Positions 48,003 to 60,400 of a stretch of DNA of 64,000 nt are shown here, piece by piece. Numbering within the stretch: the first letter of the stretch is position 1; each line of letters starts with the position of its first letter. The notes under the pieces were generated by a model. That model was not told the origin of the DNA and did no database searches. It worked only from the letters and a program-made list of their open reading frames with translations. Both the position numbers and the translations under genes were made by a program. This DNA is from Azolla caroliniana (lineage: Eukaryota > Plantae > Polypodiophyta): positions 11,656,001-11,720,000 of the forward strand of contig JBHGNT010000008.1 of assembly GCA_043228905.1 (NCBI GenBank), given 5' to 3'.

Positions 48003-51000
48003 GTCCGGCCAAAATAGGAGCCATTTGGCTGGACCATCCTAGCTATGTAGAGTTAGTTCCTAGTCGTGGTTCCATTTCATCAAATCAAGTGAGTCGAGTT
48101 TTTTCAGCACAAGTCGAGCTTACCATATCTACATGTCATCGAGTCCTAGCCTCTGCCCTTCTAGATTCTGGAGCCAACTCTTGTTTCATGGATCGTGAAT
48201 TTGCCTTGTCACAAAACATCCTCTTGAATAAGCTTCCCAACCCAGTAGCCGTAGGAGTCATCGATGGACGTCCCATAGCATCAGGAGATATAGTCGAGGA
48301 GTCCGAGCCAATTAGGATAGTTCTTGGCAATTTGGCAAGCCTAATCTCTTTCAATATTATTCGTAGTCTGGACCACCCAATAGTTCTAGGTCTCCCCTGG
48401 TTTGAACTCCATAACCCGAAGATTGATTGGATGAAAAGAACAATTGAGGAGACTCGGGAAAAAAGCACAAATCCCGCATCCCTTTCTCCTACATGTGCTA
48501 ATAGATCCCCGGAGTTATCGCCCATCTCTTTACGACAGTTGCGGGAGGAAGGGGGGAACGAGGCCATGTTCGTCTTCGCAATAGTAGCAACTCCATCATC
48601 CACTTCACGTGACGCGGATATTAAACTACCAGAGAAATACAAGGAGTTTTCAGATGTCTTTGATAAGGTGAAGGCCAATACATTGCCGGAGCATCGGCCA
48701 TACGACTGCCCTATTGACTTACAACCAGGGAAAGAACCTCCATGGGGCCCAATTTATAATCTCTCCCCTGTAGAGCTAGAGACTTTGCGGGAATATATTG
48801 ATGAGAATCTGGCAAACAGATTCATTCGGCATTCTAGATCCCCTGCTGGTGCACCTATCTTCTTCGTTAAGAAGAAGAATGGGACTCTTCGGTTGGTCGT
48901 GGATTATCGAGGGCTAAACAAAGTGACTATCCGAAATAGATATGCTCTACCATTAATCCCGAATCTTTTGGAACGTCTCAGTGGTGCAAAATATTTCACG
49001 AAGTTGGACCTTCGTGGAGCATATAATCTAGTTCGGATTCGCCCGGGGGATGAATGGAAGATAGCTTTCCGCACTCGCTATGGACATTTTGAGTATACAG
49101 TGATGCCATTTGGTCTCACGAATGCACCTGCTGTTTTCCAACATATGGCGAACGATATTTTTCGAGATTTTCTTGATATCTTCACTATAGTTTACCTAGA
49201 TGATATTTTAATCTACTCAAAGACCCAAGAGGAGCATGATGCACATGTTCGTCAAGTACTGTGCCGACTCCGAGAATATGGTCTCTACGCAAAATTAGAA
49301 AAGTGTAGTTTCGGTCAGAATCAAGTGGAATTTTTGGGGTATGTTGTATCGTCAAATGGTATTGCTATGGACCCCATGAAGGTGCAGGCAATTTTAGAGT
49401 GGCAAACGCCCCTTTCAGTGCGTGATGTGCAATGTTTTCTCGGGTTTGCAAATTTTTATCGAAAATTTATTAAAGATTATTCCAAGGTTGTGCTTCCGCT
49501 TACTCAGCTCACACATAAAGATCAACCATTTATATGGAGTTCAGATGCATCCGAGGCATTCGAAAGCTTAAAACGAGCATTTACAACGGCACCTATCTTA
49601 GCACATGTCGACCCAACAAAACGCTTCATCCTCGAAGCCGATGCATCCGATTTTGCACTAGGGAGTGTCCTCTCGCAGACTGGAGATGATGGACAACTGC
49701 ACCCTGTCGCCTTTCATTCACGAAAGTTTGAAGCTGCAGAGATCAACTACGAGATCCATGACAAAGAGCTTCTTGCAATCGTGGATTCGTTTCAACAATG
49801 GCGACATTTCCTAGAAGGTTCTTCTCAGCAGATCATTGTCTACAATGATCATAAGAACCTGACTTATTTCCAAAATGCTCGAGTCTTGAGTCGGCGACAA
49901 GCCCGGTGGGCGCAATTTTTGACTCACTTCGACTTTATCATCATATATCGCCCTGGGATGCAGCAAGGCAAAGCAGATGCTCTTTCTCGGCGCTCTTATA
50001 TGGAACTTCGTCCAGGGGAACCTGCTTTTGAGCATCAAAAACAAATCCTTTTGGGTCCTAATCGATTACGATTAATGGTAGTTAACGCCATAACAGCTCT
50101 TGAAAATTCCACTCTTCTTGATTCCATTCGAGATCATATGGCCACTCATGATTTCGTCAAGGATGTTTTGGATCATATCGTCCCGGATCGTGCTTCTTGC
50201 TCACAGTCGAAAAATCCTCGTAATGACTATTGTCAGTTCTATTGGCATGATGGTTTTCTATTTCGACAAAATTTATTGTATGTTCCTGATGGTCCCCCAC
50301 GGCTACAAGTTTTGCAACATTGCCATGACTCACCAATGGCTGGTCATTTTGGAGTTCACAAGACTCTAGAATTAATTTCTCGACGCTATTGGTGGCCTCG
50401 CCTTCGTCATTTTGTTGAGGAGTTGTGATATATGTTGTCGATCAAAGAATCCTCGTCACCGACCCTATGGCTTACTACAAAGACTTCCCATTCCGGAAAC
50501 ACCTTGGAAGTCTATATCCTTGGACTTCATTACTGATCTCCCAGTTTCAAAAGGTTTTGATGCAATTCTCACAGTGGTTGATCGATTTACCAAAATGGCA
50601 CATTTCTTGCCATGTACAAAGTCGATTACTAGTCAAGAGACGGCTGATCTCGTTATGCGGGAGGTATTTAAGCATCATGGTCTGCCAGATGATATTATTA
50701 GTGATCGTGGACCACAATTCATCTCAAAGTTTTGGAAGCACCTGTTCAAACTTCTCCACATTTCAGTTAAGCTTTCTTCGGGCTATCATCCTGAAACAAA
50801 TGGCCAAACAGAGCGTACCAACCAGACATTGGAACAATATCTTCGTTGTTTCATCAACTATCAACAAGATGATTGGGTTGCATTTTTGCACTTGGCGGAA
50901 TTCGCTTACAACAACTCAGCCCATTCTTCTACAGGATATTCCCCATTTTTCGCAAATACGGGCTGTCATCCTCGATGGACGATGAATGCGCATCCAGAAG

Positions 51001-51629
51001 TTCCTACCAACCCTGCTGCTGAGGATCGTCTTAGTCGCCTCCAAGAAATTCAAGCTAACATTCTCCACAATTTGCACGATGCTCAATTTACACACAAGAG
51101 GCTTGCCGATCGTCATCGTCTAGACTCCTCAAAAAAGTTCCGCATTGGGGATCATGTATGGCTTCTCCAACACAACATCAAGACCACTCGACCTTGCAGT
51201 AAATTGGATTACCAACGTTTTGGCCCTTACATGATCACTGGTAAGATAAGTGATGTTGCATTTCGTCTTGACCTCCCTCCGCACATGCATCTTCATCCGG
51301 TGTTTCATGTATCCCTTTTGGAACCTTATACTACAAGTTCAATTCCGGGCCGTCTTACGACACCCCCACCACCTGTCGAGTTCTTGGACGGGCCTGAATT
51401 TGAAGTTGCTGCCGTTCTCGATTCTAAAATCGTGCGCAACAAGTTGTATTACTTGGTCGATTGGCTAGGCTATACCCCCAATGATCGAACTTGGGAACCT
51501 GCCACAAATCTTTCCAATGCTGCAGAACTCGTCAATGCATTTCATCGCCAATATCCTTGTAAACCAGGTCCTAATACAAACCCTACGACCCGTGAGACGT
51601 GTCGTCGAAGAAGGGGGATAGTGTCATGA
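47996..51629 (+). CDS. pol: Pol (PR-RT-RNaseH-integrase-chromodomain), -1 frame relative to gag, one frameshift near 50420
   Basis: LLDSGAN, YLDDILI, EADASDFALG, HDSPMAGH, SLDFITDLP, SDRGPQF and GQTER; C-terminal chromodomain EFEVAAVLDS...YYLVDWLGY...TWEP. Confidence 0.92.
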
Positions 51630-52256
51630 TAACAGTCACATCATGCATAGAAAGGATCATGACACTCACATTATGACTCGAAAGGATTTGAACCCACGAC
51701 CTTGTTGTACACATGTCAAATCCTTAACCATTGTATTAATATTCTTATATGTATAGTCTCTAGAATATGAAATCTAATATCATAGGAATATTCTATATTA
51801 CTCTACATTCTAGGATGACCTAGAATATTCTAGAGTGTTCTATACCACTAGAACCTTCTAGAATACTCTAGAGATCTTCTAGATTACTCTACATTCTAGG
51901 ATAACCTAGAATATTCTAGAGAGTTCTCTATTACTTATAAATAGGGATCTACCACCCATCCCAAACCTAAATTGGTTCAACGCCATTTTGTAGCCTACTC
52001 TTTGTAATCCATTTTACGCTTCAATATAATAATTCTCTTTCAATTATCTCTCTATCTCTTTTTCTCTCTCTTTCTCTCTCTCAGTCTTGACATTTATCAC
52101 GGCATCACAGATGGAGACGAAGGTGCTCGATAGCGGTGCGGTTTTTGCGTGAATTCGGAGCCAAAACGGTGGGAAATCCGTCCAATTCCTAACGGTGCCG
52201 GAAAATCACGAAATGAACAAGAGGGAACTCTTGTCCCAAGTGAGAATGTATTTTTA

Positions 52257-55196
52257 AAGCGGACTGTTGGGGAGTGGGGAAGTGATAGTCCGAGAAGCCC
52301 TGATACCCCACACAGGAAGAAAACTCTCGGAGCAAAACATGTACGAATCGGTCCGGATGGGGCATCTACGTACACGACCGTAACCGGAGGATTGAAGAAA
52401 TGATACCGACAAGTGGAGGATAAGTTGTGGTCGGCATCAATAATAAAAGAAGATGAAGAAATCATGGGGATAGTCGAAGAAGTGTTCTATGGGAACACGC
52501 TACAACGACTTGAAGAGCTTGCGGAAGATAAAAGCCAAGGGAACCGGGTAGTCCCGGTGGAATTGGTCGCGATGTACGAGATCATTGCGAAAATGGAGCC
52601 GGATACGCTCCGCAAAGAAGAAGCAATGGTAAGTACGAAATACAAGACCGTGGAGAAGAAGGTGAAACTGGCCGCGGGACCACTACCCGCCGATAGGGAA
52701 CAAAAGAGGAAAGAAGTCTCGGGAGATCCGACACTTCGGAAGTCCGTGGATATCGGACATGCCTTCACGGAGGAGACCCGGAAGAAACTTCGAATCGGTG
52801 GAGGTGGGTTCCTATTACAAAAAGAAGAAGAACGGTTTCGCGAGATGTTGGAGCAACACAGCAAAGCGTTTGCATTTACATCCAGGGAGATAGGGTGCAT
52901 CGATCCGAGAATAGTGGAACCGATGGTGATCTTCACGATTGACCATGTACCGTGGAACCTGAAGCCGATTCCGGTGCCACGAGCGCATATTCCGAAAGTC
53001 TTTGACTTGCTCAAGGAGAAGGTGGTGATGGGGATTCTAGAGCCATCAACTGCTCCGTACTCAAATCGATGGTTTACGGTTCCGAAGAAGAATGGGTCAC
53101 TCCGATTTATCCAAGACTTGCAACCGGTGAATAAGGTCACGATCCGGAACTCGGGAGTCGGTCCGATAGTGGACGAATTTGCGGAAGCTTTTGCCGGTCG
53201 TGCGATATACTCCATCGGAGACCTATACTCGGGGTATGACCAATTCCAACTAGCCGTGGAGAGCCGAGACATCACAACCATGCGAACACTGATAGGATTA
53301 GTGCGAATGTGCACACTACCACAAGGAGCGACAAACTCGGTTGCTCATATGATGAACGCGATGAACAAGGTGCTTCGAGACTGCATTCCGGAGATAACGA
53401 TGCCGTTCCTCGATGACATTCCGATGAAAGGATGCGCGGTAGAAGAAAAAGATGAGACTATGGATGATCGGGGATGCCGAAAGTTCGTGGTCGACCATAT
53501 TCATGATTGCGAGAAAGTGTTGTGAAAGCTAGAAGATGTGCACCTAACACTTTCCGGGGAGAAATTGGCATTCGGGCAAGAAGAAATATTGGTGGTCGGG
53601 CATCTATGTGGGCCCTACGGCCGAAGACCGTCACCAACAAAGATCGATGCGATTCAAGGTATGGAGGAAATATGCGAGTCAACATCCGAAGTCTGAAGGT
53701 TTCTCGGTGCATGTGCATTCTATAACATATGGATTCCACACTATGCACATATAGCGGACCTGCTCTACCACTTGTTGCGGAAAGGTAAGAAATTCGAATG
53801 GAAACCGGAACACACCAAAGCCATGAAGAAATTGAAGAAGACACTTCGGAGGGCGGAAGCACTTTAGAAGCCGAGCTACGACCGACCGATCATAGTAACG
53901 GTTGATACAAGTCTAACCGGTATCGGGTGGGTCATCAATCAAGCCGACTCGGATGGTTCACGGTATCCGATCCGATTCGGAGCAAAGGTTCTCAACGAAA
54001 AGCAACGTGGATATGCACAAGTCAAAAGAGAACTGTGGGGAGTCGTGTCAGCAATAAAATTGGATCGGGATTATTTGATCGGAGCCGAAGTGGTGATCGA
54101 GACGGATTGTCTTCCGATACTCAGGATGATGTGGTGTTGTACGATACCGGATGTAGCTATGCTAAGGTGGGTTCCATATGTTAAGTCGCTTAATCCGGAG
54201 GTTCGACACATCTCAAGGAAGGAAAACGCGGTAGCGGATATGTTATCAAGGGCTCGGTTCGGAGACGACATAACCGAATCGGATAACGAAGAAGTTTCCG
54301 AAGACTACTTCGCGTCGGAGCACATATGCCGAGTGAACGTAATCCGAGAATTCCGGGAAGAAGAATACGAGGGAGAGAGTTTGATGATCGGAAAGATGTT
54401 ACAAGAGGCCGAGGACTCAACAAATGATAAAGGAAGAAGAGCCGAGATCTAAAGGAAGAAGAGGCAAGTTCAAAAGTTCTTCTTGGAAAACGGATTAATA
54501 TGGAGGGCGCCGAAAATACCGGATGGTATACCACTTCGAGTAGTCGGGAAAAAAGAGCAACGAAACCGGATAATGTCCGAGTTTCACGAATCCGATTGGG
54601 CTGGACACCAAGGAACATGGGCAACATTTGTGAAGATCAAGCAAAAATATTGGTGGAAGAAAATGTACAAAGATGTCGCGGAGTTCACGGAAAGCTGCGA
54701 GAAATGTCAAGTCTACTCCGGGGTTCGACATCAAGATGAGTTACATCCAACATTCTCACAGACAATCAACTTCAAGTGGATGGTCGACATAGTGGCCATG
54801 CCGACTGGGATTGGACAAAAGAAATACTTGGTATTAGCTCGGGAAGATCTCACGAATCAAGTAGAAGGTCGAGCGCTTCAGAGGAAAACGTGTTCCGCGG
54901 TATGCCAATTTCTTTTGGAGGAAGTATTTTGCAGGTACGGGTGCGTAGGGCAAGTGATTGCGGACTGGGGAGAACTCAACTCGGACAAAGCTAGGGGATT
55001 CTTCGCCAAACACTGAGTTCGGTTATCGCTGACAACGGCATACAATCCGGAGGCCAACGGGAAAATCGAACGAGGACATAGTCCGATCGTGAAAGCACTT
55101 GCGAAGGCATGCGATGGAAAGGTGAAGGACTGGCCGCAGATGCTTCCGTATGCACTATGGGCGGATTGGAAGACGCATAGCTCCGTAACCGGTTAC
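52257..55196 (+). pseudogene. pol: pol (RT-RNaseH-integrase) of the Ylt1-like element
   Basis: ORFs 52413-53525, 54045-54452, 54483-55016 and 55089 onward, separated by stops. Confidence 0.85.
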
Positions 55197-56372
55197 GTGA
55201 TGGTGCCGGGAGTGTGCGTCAAGCGCCATCGCGCGGTTGGTCCTTCCAAGGTCATGCTGAACTCGGCCATCTTCGAGCGTTCTGCTTCGGCGGCGGTCAA
55301 GGGTTGCGACATATGGTTTGCTTCCCATGTTTGCAGAAATGCATAGATATGAGCTTCTGCCTCCAGATCATCCCGGTACTTGGGATATTGGAACAACATG
55401 TCGTCGTCTGGTGTCAGAGGTCTCTCCTCCTCTTCTTTCGGTGTCGGAGGTCTTGCCTCCTCTTCCTTTGGTGTCGGAGGTCTTGCCTCCTTTTCTTCCA
55501 GTGTTGCACGTGGCAGTGTCGGAAGTTGATCCACCACTTGCCAATCTGGGGCTTGCAGTTCCGTTAACTCCGGTTCTGGTGTCGGCAAGGTATCTGACTG
55601 CTCGTCCTTCAGTCCGTTTCGGGTGTCATGGCTACTACGGTAATTCGAATGGGCGCTGCATTCGCCGTCCGAATCCGATTCGAAGGCCGAGAATGGTTCC
55701 GAATCACCTCCCCCTGTCGCTAGTGCCTGGAAAATGGATTCCATGTCCCGGACCCGGAAACTGCTCAAGATGCTTCCTTCGTCCGGTTGGGAATTCTGTT
55801 GTCCGCGGAGTGTCGTCCGGTACTTGGGATATTGGAACGACATGTCGTCGTCTGGTGTCGGAGGTCTCTCCTCCTCTTCTTTCGGTGTCGGAGGTCTTGC
55901 CTCCTTTTCTTCCGGTGTCACACATGGCAGTGTCGGAAGTTGATCCAGCACTTGCCAATCTGGGCCTTCCAGTTCCGTTACCTCCGGTTTTGGTGTCGGC
56001 AAGGTATCTGACTGCTCGCCCTTTAGTCCGTTTCGGGTGTCGTGGCTGCTACGGTAATTCGAATGGGCACTACATTCGCCGTCTGAATCCGATTCGAAGG
56101 CCGAGAATGGTTCCGAATAACCTCCCCCTATCGCTAGTGCCCGCAGAATGGATTCCGCGTCCCGGAGACTGCTCAAGCTGCTTCCTTCGTCCGGTTGGGA
56201 ATTCTGCTGTCCGCGGAGTGACTCTGCAGCCACTCACCAGATTACTTTGGAAAATGAGCAATCCGCACGGATCTCTTCTGGCGCCTGTTGGAAAGCCTCT
56301 CGCTTCCGCAATTGTTCGGCAAGTCTTCTTGCATGCTCCGTAACCGGGTCGTTTGTTGGTCTAGTCATCCAT
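55193..56372 (-). pseudogene. gag: gag of the Athila-like element with an internal ~410-440-bp tandem duplication
   Basis: The LRGQQNSQPDEGS...FQYPKYR block occurs twice; the ORF lies directly behind the PBS and 5' LTR. Confidence 0.75.
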
Positions 56373-56890
56373 GCCCGCTGTTGTCCGCTGCATTTGTGTA
56401 GAAATCGTGGTCGCCAAAAACTGTGTAATCGCTAGGGCCGGACAATGGCCTAACACAAGGTATCCTCTTGAGACACTTCACCAAAGGGGTGTTGCGGTGA
56501 GATAGAGTTAGACCGACTATTTATGGAACCCTGAGGAGTTACTGGCGGCAATATCATTAGTCACAATACACGTGTAGGATAAATTATACTTCGCACAACA
56601 TGGTAATTAACAATTATTAAGATATAGAACAACAACACTCTATTAATTATACGCTAATGATTACAATCTAACCGGCCCTTTTTATAGGTTTCTGGTTTTA
56701 GGTACAAACCGATGCCAACCGGCAACTGGCTACGAACCGGTCCGGATCTGGATCGGCATACCGATTCCGTGTCCGTCCGTTCGCTTCTCAAATCATAATA
56801 ATTCTATGTAAATATATAATAAGCTCCCAATTATTAATTATCCCCTCGTTTCCCATTCTGGAGTTCCCTTGCCGACCGGCTAACACAACT

Positions 56891-57467
56891 CCCTTGCGGC
56901 TGGGACTCCTTCATGTTGGCGTCGACTTCCTCCGTGTCCGTGTCCGATTGGCCTTTAGTTGATCCGGCTCCTCTGAATCCAGCTGTTGAAGCAAATCGGT
57001 TGTCTCCGAGTCGGTGTTTCCCAACTTGACTTATGGTCTCAGGACCTTCATCACAGCAGACCATGTCTGGGTCTTGGCCTTCTCCTTTCAGTCGGCTCTA
57101 TCCTTCTTGACTCTGTCGCCGCTGCCAATCATTTTGACTTGCTCGGATGTGCCGACTTCCTTCGTCGACTCGGCTTCCTTTTTCCTCTTGTCTCCCCCTT
57201 TGTTGGTTCTTCCTTCCTCTCCGGCTCCTTGTCCGATGCCATCCGTTCCGTTTCCTGTTCTCCCCCTGAAGTGCGGCATATCAAGATGCTGAATACCGAG
57301 CATCTCCGAGAAGTGTTGCAACTTGTCTGATCCGAGCAGTTTGGTGAAGATGTTGGCAACCTACCGATCCGTCCGAACATACCAAAGTTTGACTTCACCG
57401 CTCAGGACCCGCTCACGCACAAAGTGATAATGGCCTTCTATGTGCTTCATTCGAGCATGGAATACGG
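56891..57467 (-). pseudogene. copia RNaseH C-terminus (continuation of the 14012-14695 element)
   Basis: HYHFVRERVLSGEV and QHFSEMLGIQHLD, homologous to 26327-26689. Confidence 0.8.
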
Positions 57468-60400
57468 TGTCGTAGTGTAATTCGCACACTACGTGAAATT
57501 TGCATTTTGGTTCCTACGGATGGGACAACGAGGAACCGGTAAGGAGAACCGATGAGAACCGGATGAAGGAGGACCCGATAAGGAGATCCGATAAGAACCG
57601 GATCAAGAAGAACCGGCAAGAGCCGGATAAAGAAGGCTTGTGAGAGTCTCTCACCGGATGAAGAGACAAAATTATAAATAGAAGAAAAGATTCTTACATG
57701 CATAGGGTAGGTTCTCATAGGGCAAGATTCAAACCCTGTATCTCCACGTAGACAAACCCTAACCTTACCATTGTACTAACTTATCCTAAATTTTTTAAAT
57801 ATAGATTTAATACGTATAAGACCTTTATTTACACCTACTTTTATTAAAAGGTAAGTCATACATTTTTAGAATGCGTAAATACTTTATTTATAAGAAAAAT
57901 GTACACCAATAAAAAATTACTCGTGCACATCTAGCAAGCATGAGCACTATATTTAGGAAATAAAAGCATAGTGTAAAAGGCAACTCATACACATTTTTAG
58001 GGCGCATGAACACTTTAGAAAAAGCATGAAGCTATGCTTAGCCTTTGCCATCCTTATATAAGGAGGAGAGAAATATGTATGGGTTGTTGATTATTTTACA
58101 AGGATTGATCAATCTAATATATTCGTGGGATTCACGAGTTTATCATAAAAATTCTCTTTCTTGCAATTTAAATATTGATTCAATACACTAAACATGTGGG
58201 ATTCACAAGTTCTATTTCTTACTTCTCTTTCTACCTATTCATAACTAGCCTTATATTGTATTCTTCTTTCTCCTAGTCCAAAACCTCAGTGGTTTCCACC
58301 CGAATCACACAACGACCCGAAGCCAAAAGGCACAACATAAGTGGTGAACCCGACGTGAAACCGGGTGGTAAGGAGATGGAAAATCAACCTATGGCTAACA
58401 ACATGATGGTGATGTTTGAGTGGATGCTACAAGAACAACGCGCGATGTTGGAGATTGCGGCGGCAGTAGAGCGGCTAGTGCCACGGAACGGGAAATTCAA
58501 CAAGAAAGACGTGTCACGATATTTGCGAGATTACAAGTCGGAAATGCTACGGTGCGGGATTTCGGAAGGACTGCAAGTGACATCCTTCAACCGGGTGGCG
58601 ATCGACGGGCTTCAAGGGAGTATCCACGGGATATGGTAGCAAAATCTGACATGGGAGGCATTTGAAGAGGCGCTAAAGACCACGTTCGCCATCAAGGACT
58701 CCTCCAAGGCAACAAGGAGGGGATTCGAAGATTGGGTGGAAACACTGGATAAGGGGATGAAGGTCCTCGATGTCTTTTTGTCATTCGAAAGTCGGTTCGG
58801 GAGGTTGTCTGTGAGAGATCAAGCTATCCACGCATTGGACAAAGTGATCATGTTCCTACGAGCCGTGGACATCCGGAACCGGAAAGATCTTGGAGTGCTT
58901 TTGGAGGACACGACCACTGAGAGTGGCCTCACCGAAACATGGGAAAGCGTGCGAGATATCATCGCGCGATACACGAAGAGGGGGCATTGGCATGGTAGCG
59001 AAGAAAAGAGGGTTTCAGAACCGATTCCGAAACCGAGATCCGGATTGGAAGACCATCAACCGAGGGCTAAGGAGACTACAACCGAGAAGGGAATCGATGC
59101 AACCATGGTGGAGCAGTTGCTGAAAGAAATGGAGAATCTGAAAATCCGATGGTAAAGAAGTGGGATGACCGTCCCACAAGCTCCAAGTATATTGACCATC
59201 GGTGTATATGTTGCGATAGCACCGAACATGATCGCAAGAATTGCGACAAGCATAAGGAGGCGTTACGACGAGATCTTATCTACTACGAGGGAAATCGGAT
59301 CCATTCGATGGATTGTCGGAAGCCACTCTGACCAAACTTTCAGAAAGGTGGCATGAAGAAGGTCCTCGAGGAGGAAATAGCAACGAAAAGAAATTATGTG
59401 ACAACTACGGGAATACATGTCAGGGAGTCATCGGGAGCAAAGGTGTCTTTTTGGCTGGAAGTGTTAGAAAACCGATTCCAATGATATCCGAAGCTCCCTG
59501 AAAGGAATCCGAGAAGCTACGGGATGGGAGTGCCCTATGGATAAGAATAGTGTACACGTATCCCAATTGCATGAGGTGTATGTAGACGAGAAACAAGGGC
59601 GGACGGATGATGCGGCCGGACCATCTAAGACACCTGAAAGCTGGAACTCTGGAGGGAAGGGGAAAGAAAAGACGATTCCGGCATTCAATCTCGGCTCAGA
59701 CATCGAACAACAAACAGACTTGAAAAAGGTGTTCGAGGAGAGAATCCTCAATAGCCAGGTGGAATTTTCGCTTCAGGAATTACTCAGAATAGTGAAGAAG
59801 GAGTTCCATGATCTTCTTGTGGATCTCATGAAGAGAAAAAGACAAAGTATAGAGGAGAACACTCCAAGGGTAAAGGCGAACACGGTTTTGATGAATGACA
59901 CCAAAGTGCGGGACGAAATTCTGAACTCCCACTACACAAGGCCACACTTGGCACGTGCAATTACGGAGACTCCAGTCCAAATTGGCAACATCAAAGAGCC
60001 TGTGCTAGCATTGATTGATCACGGATCGGAGATCAATTTGATGTCCAAGGAGTTCTACCAGAAGGGGAAGTGGCCTATAAACACCAACCATGGATGGAAG
60101 ATCCAAGCAGCCACTAAAGCAACAGAAGATCTATTTGTGGCTTGTTCGGATGTGACGGTGAAGATCGGGGATGTCGAGATCGACCAAAATTTCTTCGTAC
60201 AAGATGAGGTCTCACATTCCGTGATCCTTGTGCAACCCTTTATCACGGCTTCATGGATGGAGACGAAGGTGCTCGATAGCGGTGCGGCTTTCGCACGAAT
60301 TCGGAGCCAAAGCGGAGGGAAATCTGTCCAATTCCTAACTGTGCCGGCAAATCATGAAAGGAACAAGAGAGAGCTCTTGTCCCAAACAAGGATGGATTTT

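Larger units (their letters stand above)
46319..52092 (+). mobile_element. Young full-length chromovirus (Tcn1-like Ty3/gypsy)
   Basis: 471-bp LTRs at 46319-46789 and 51622-52092 with only two differences seen by eye; TSD TTTAT; PPT GAAGAAGGGGGATAG. Confidence 0.96.
44121..55196 (+). mobile_element. tRNA-Trp-primed fungal-type (Ylt1-like) Ty3/gypsy element, truncated at both ends
   Basis: Partial LTR ending at 44394 and PBS TGGTGAACCCGACGTGA. gag-protease (CIWCDSAEHNPRDC, LIDHGSEIN), RT (DLYSGYDQF, LPQGATNS, FLDDIP), RNaseH and integrase, all decayed. Confidence 0.85.
14696..56885 (-). mobile_element. Athila-like (non-chromovirus) Ty3/gypsy element expanded to 42 kb by nested insertions
   Basis: 462-bp LTRs at 14696-15157 and 56424-56885; perfect TSD CAACT (14691-14695, 56886-56890); tRNA-Arg PBS at 56405-56416. 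gag 55193-56372, RT/RH remnant 40494-41370, integrase 24437-25504, extra 3' ORF. Confidence 0.88.

Noticed and set aside
52487-53314. Long antisense ORF (also 60610-61509 and 55318-56343)
   Set aside because: These are shadow frames of RT or gag with no recognisable motifs.
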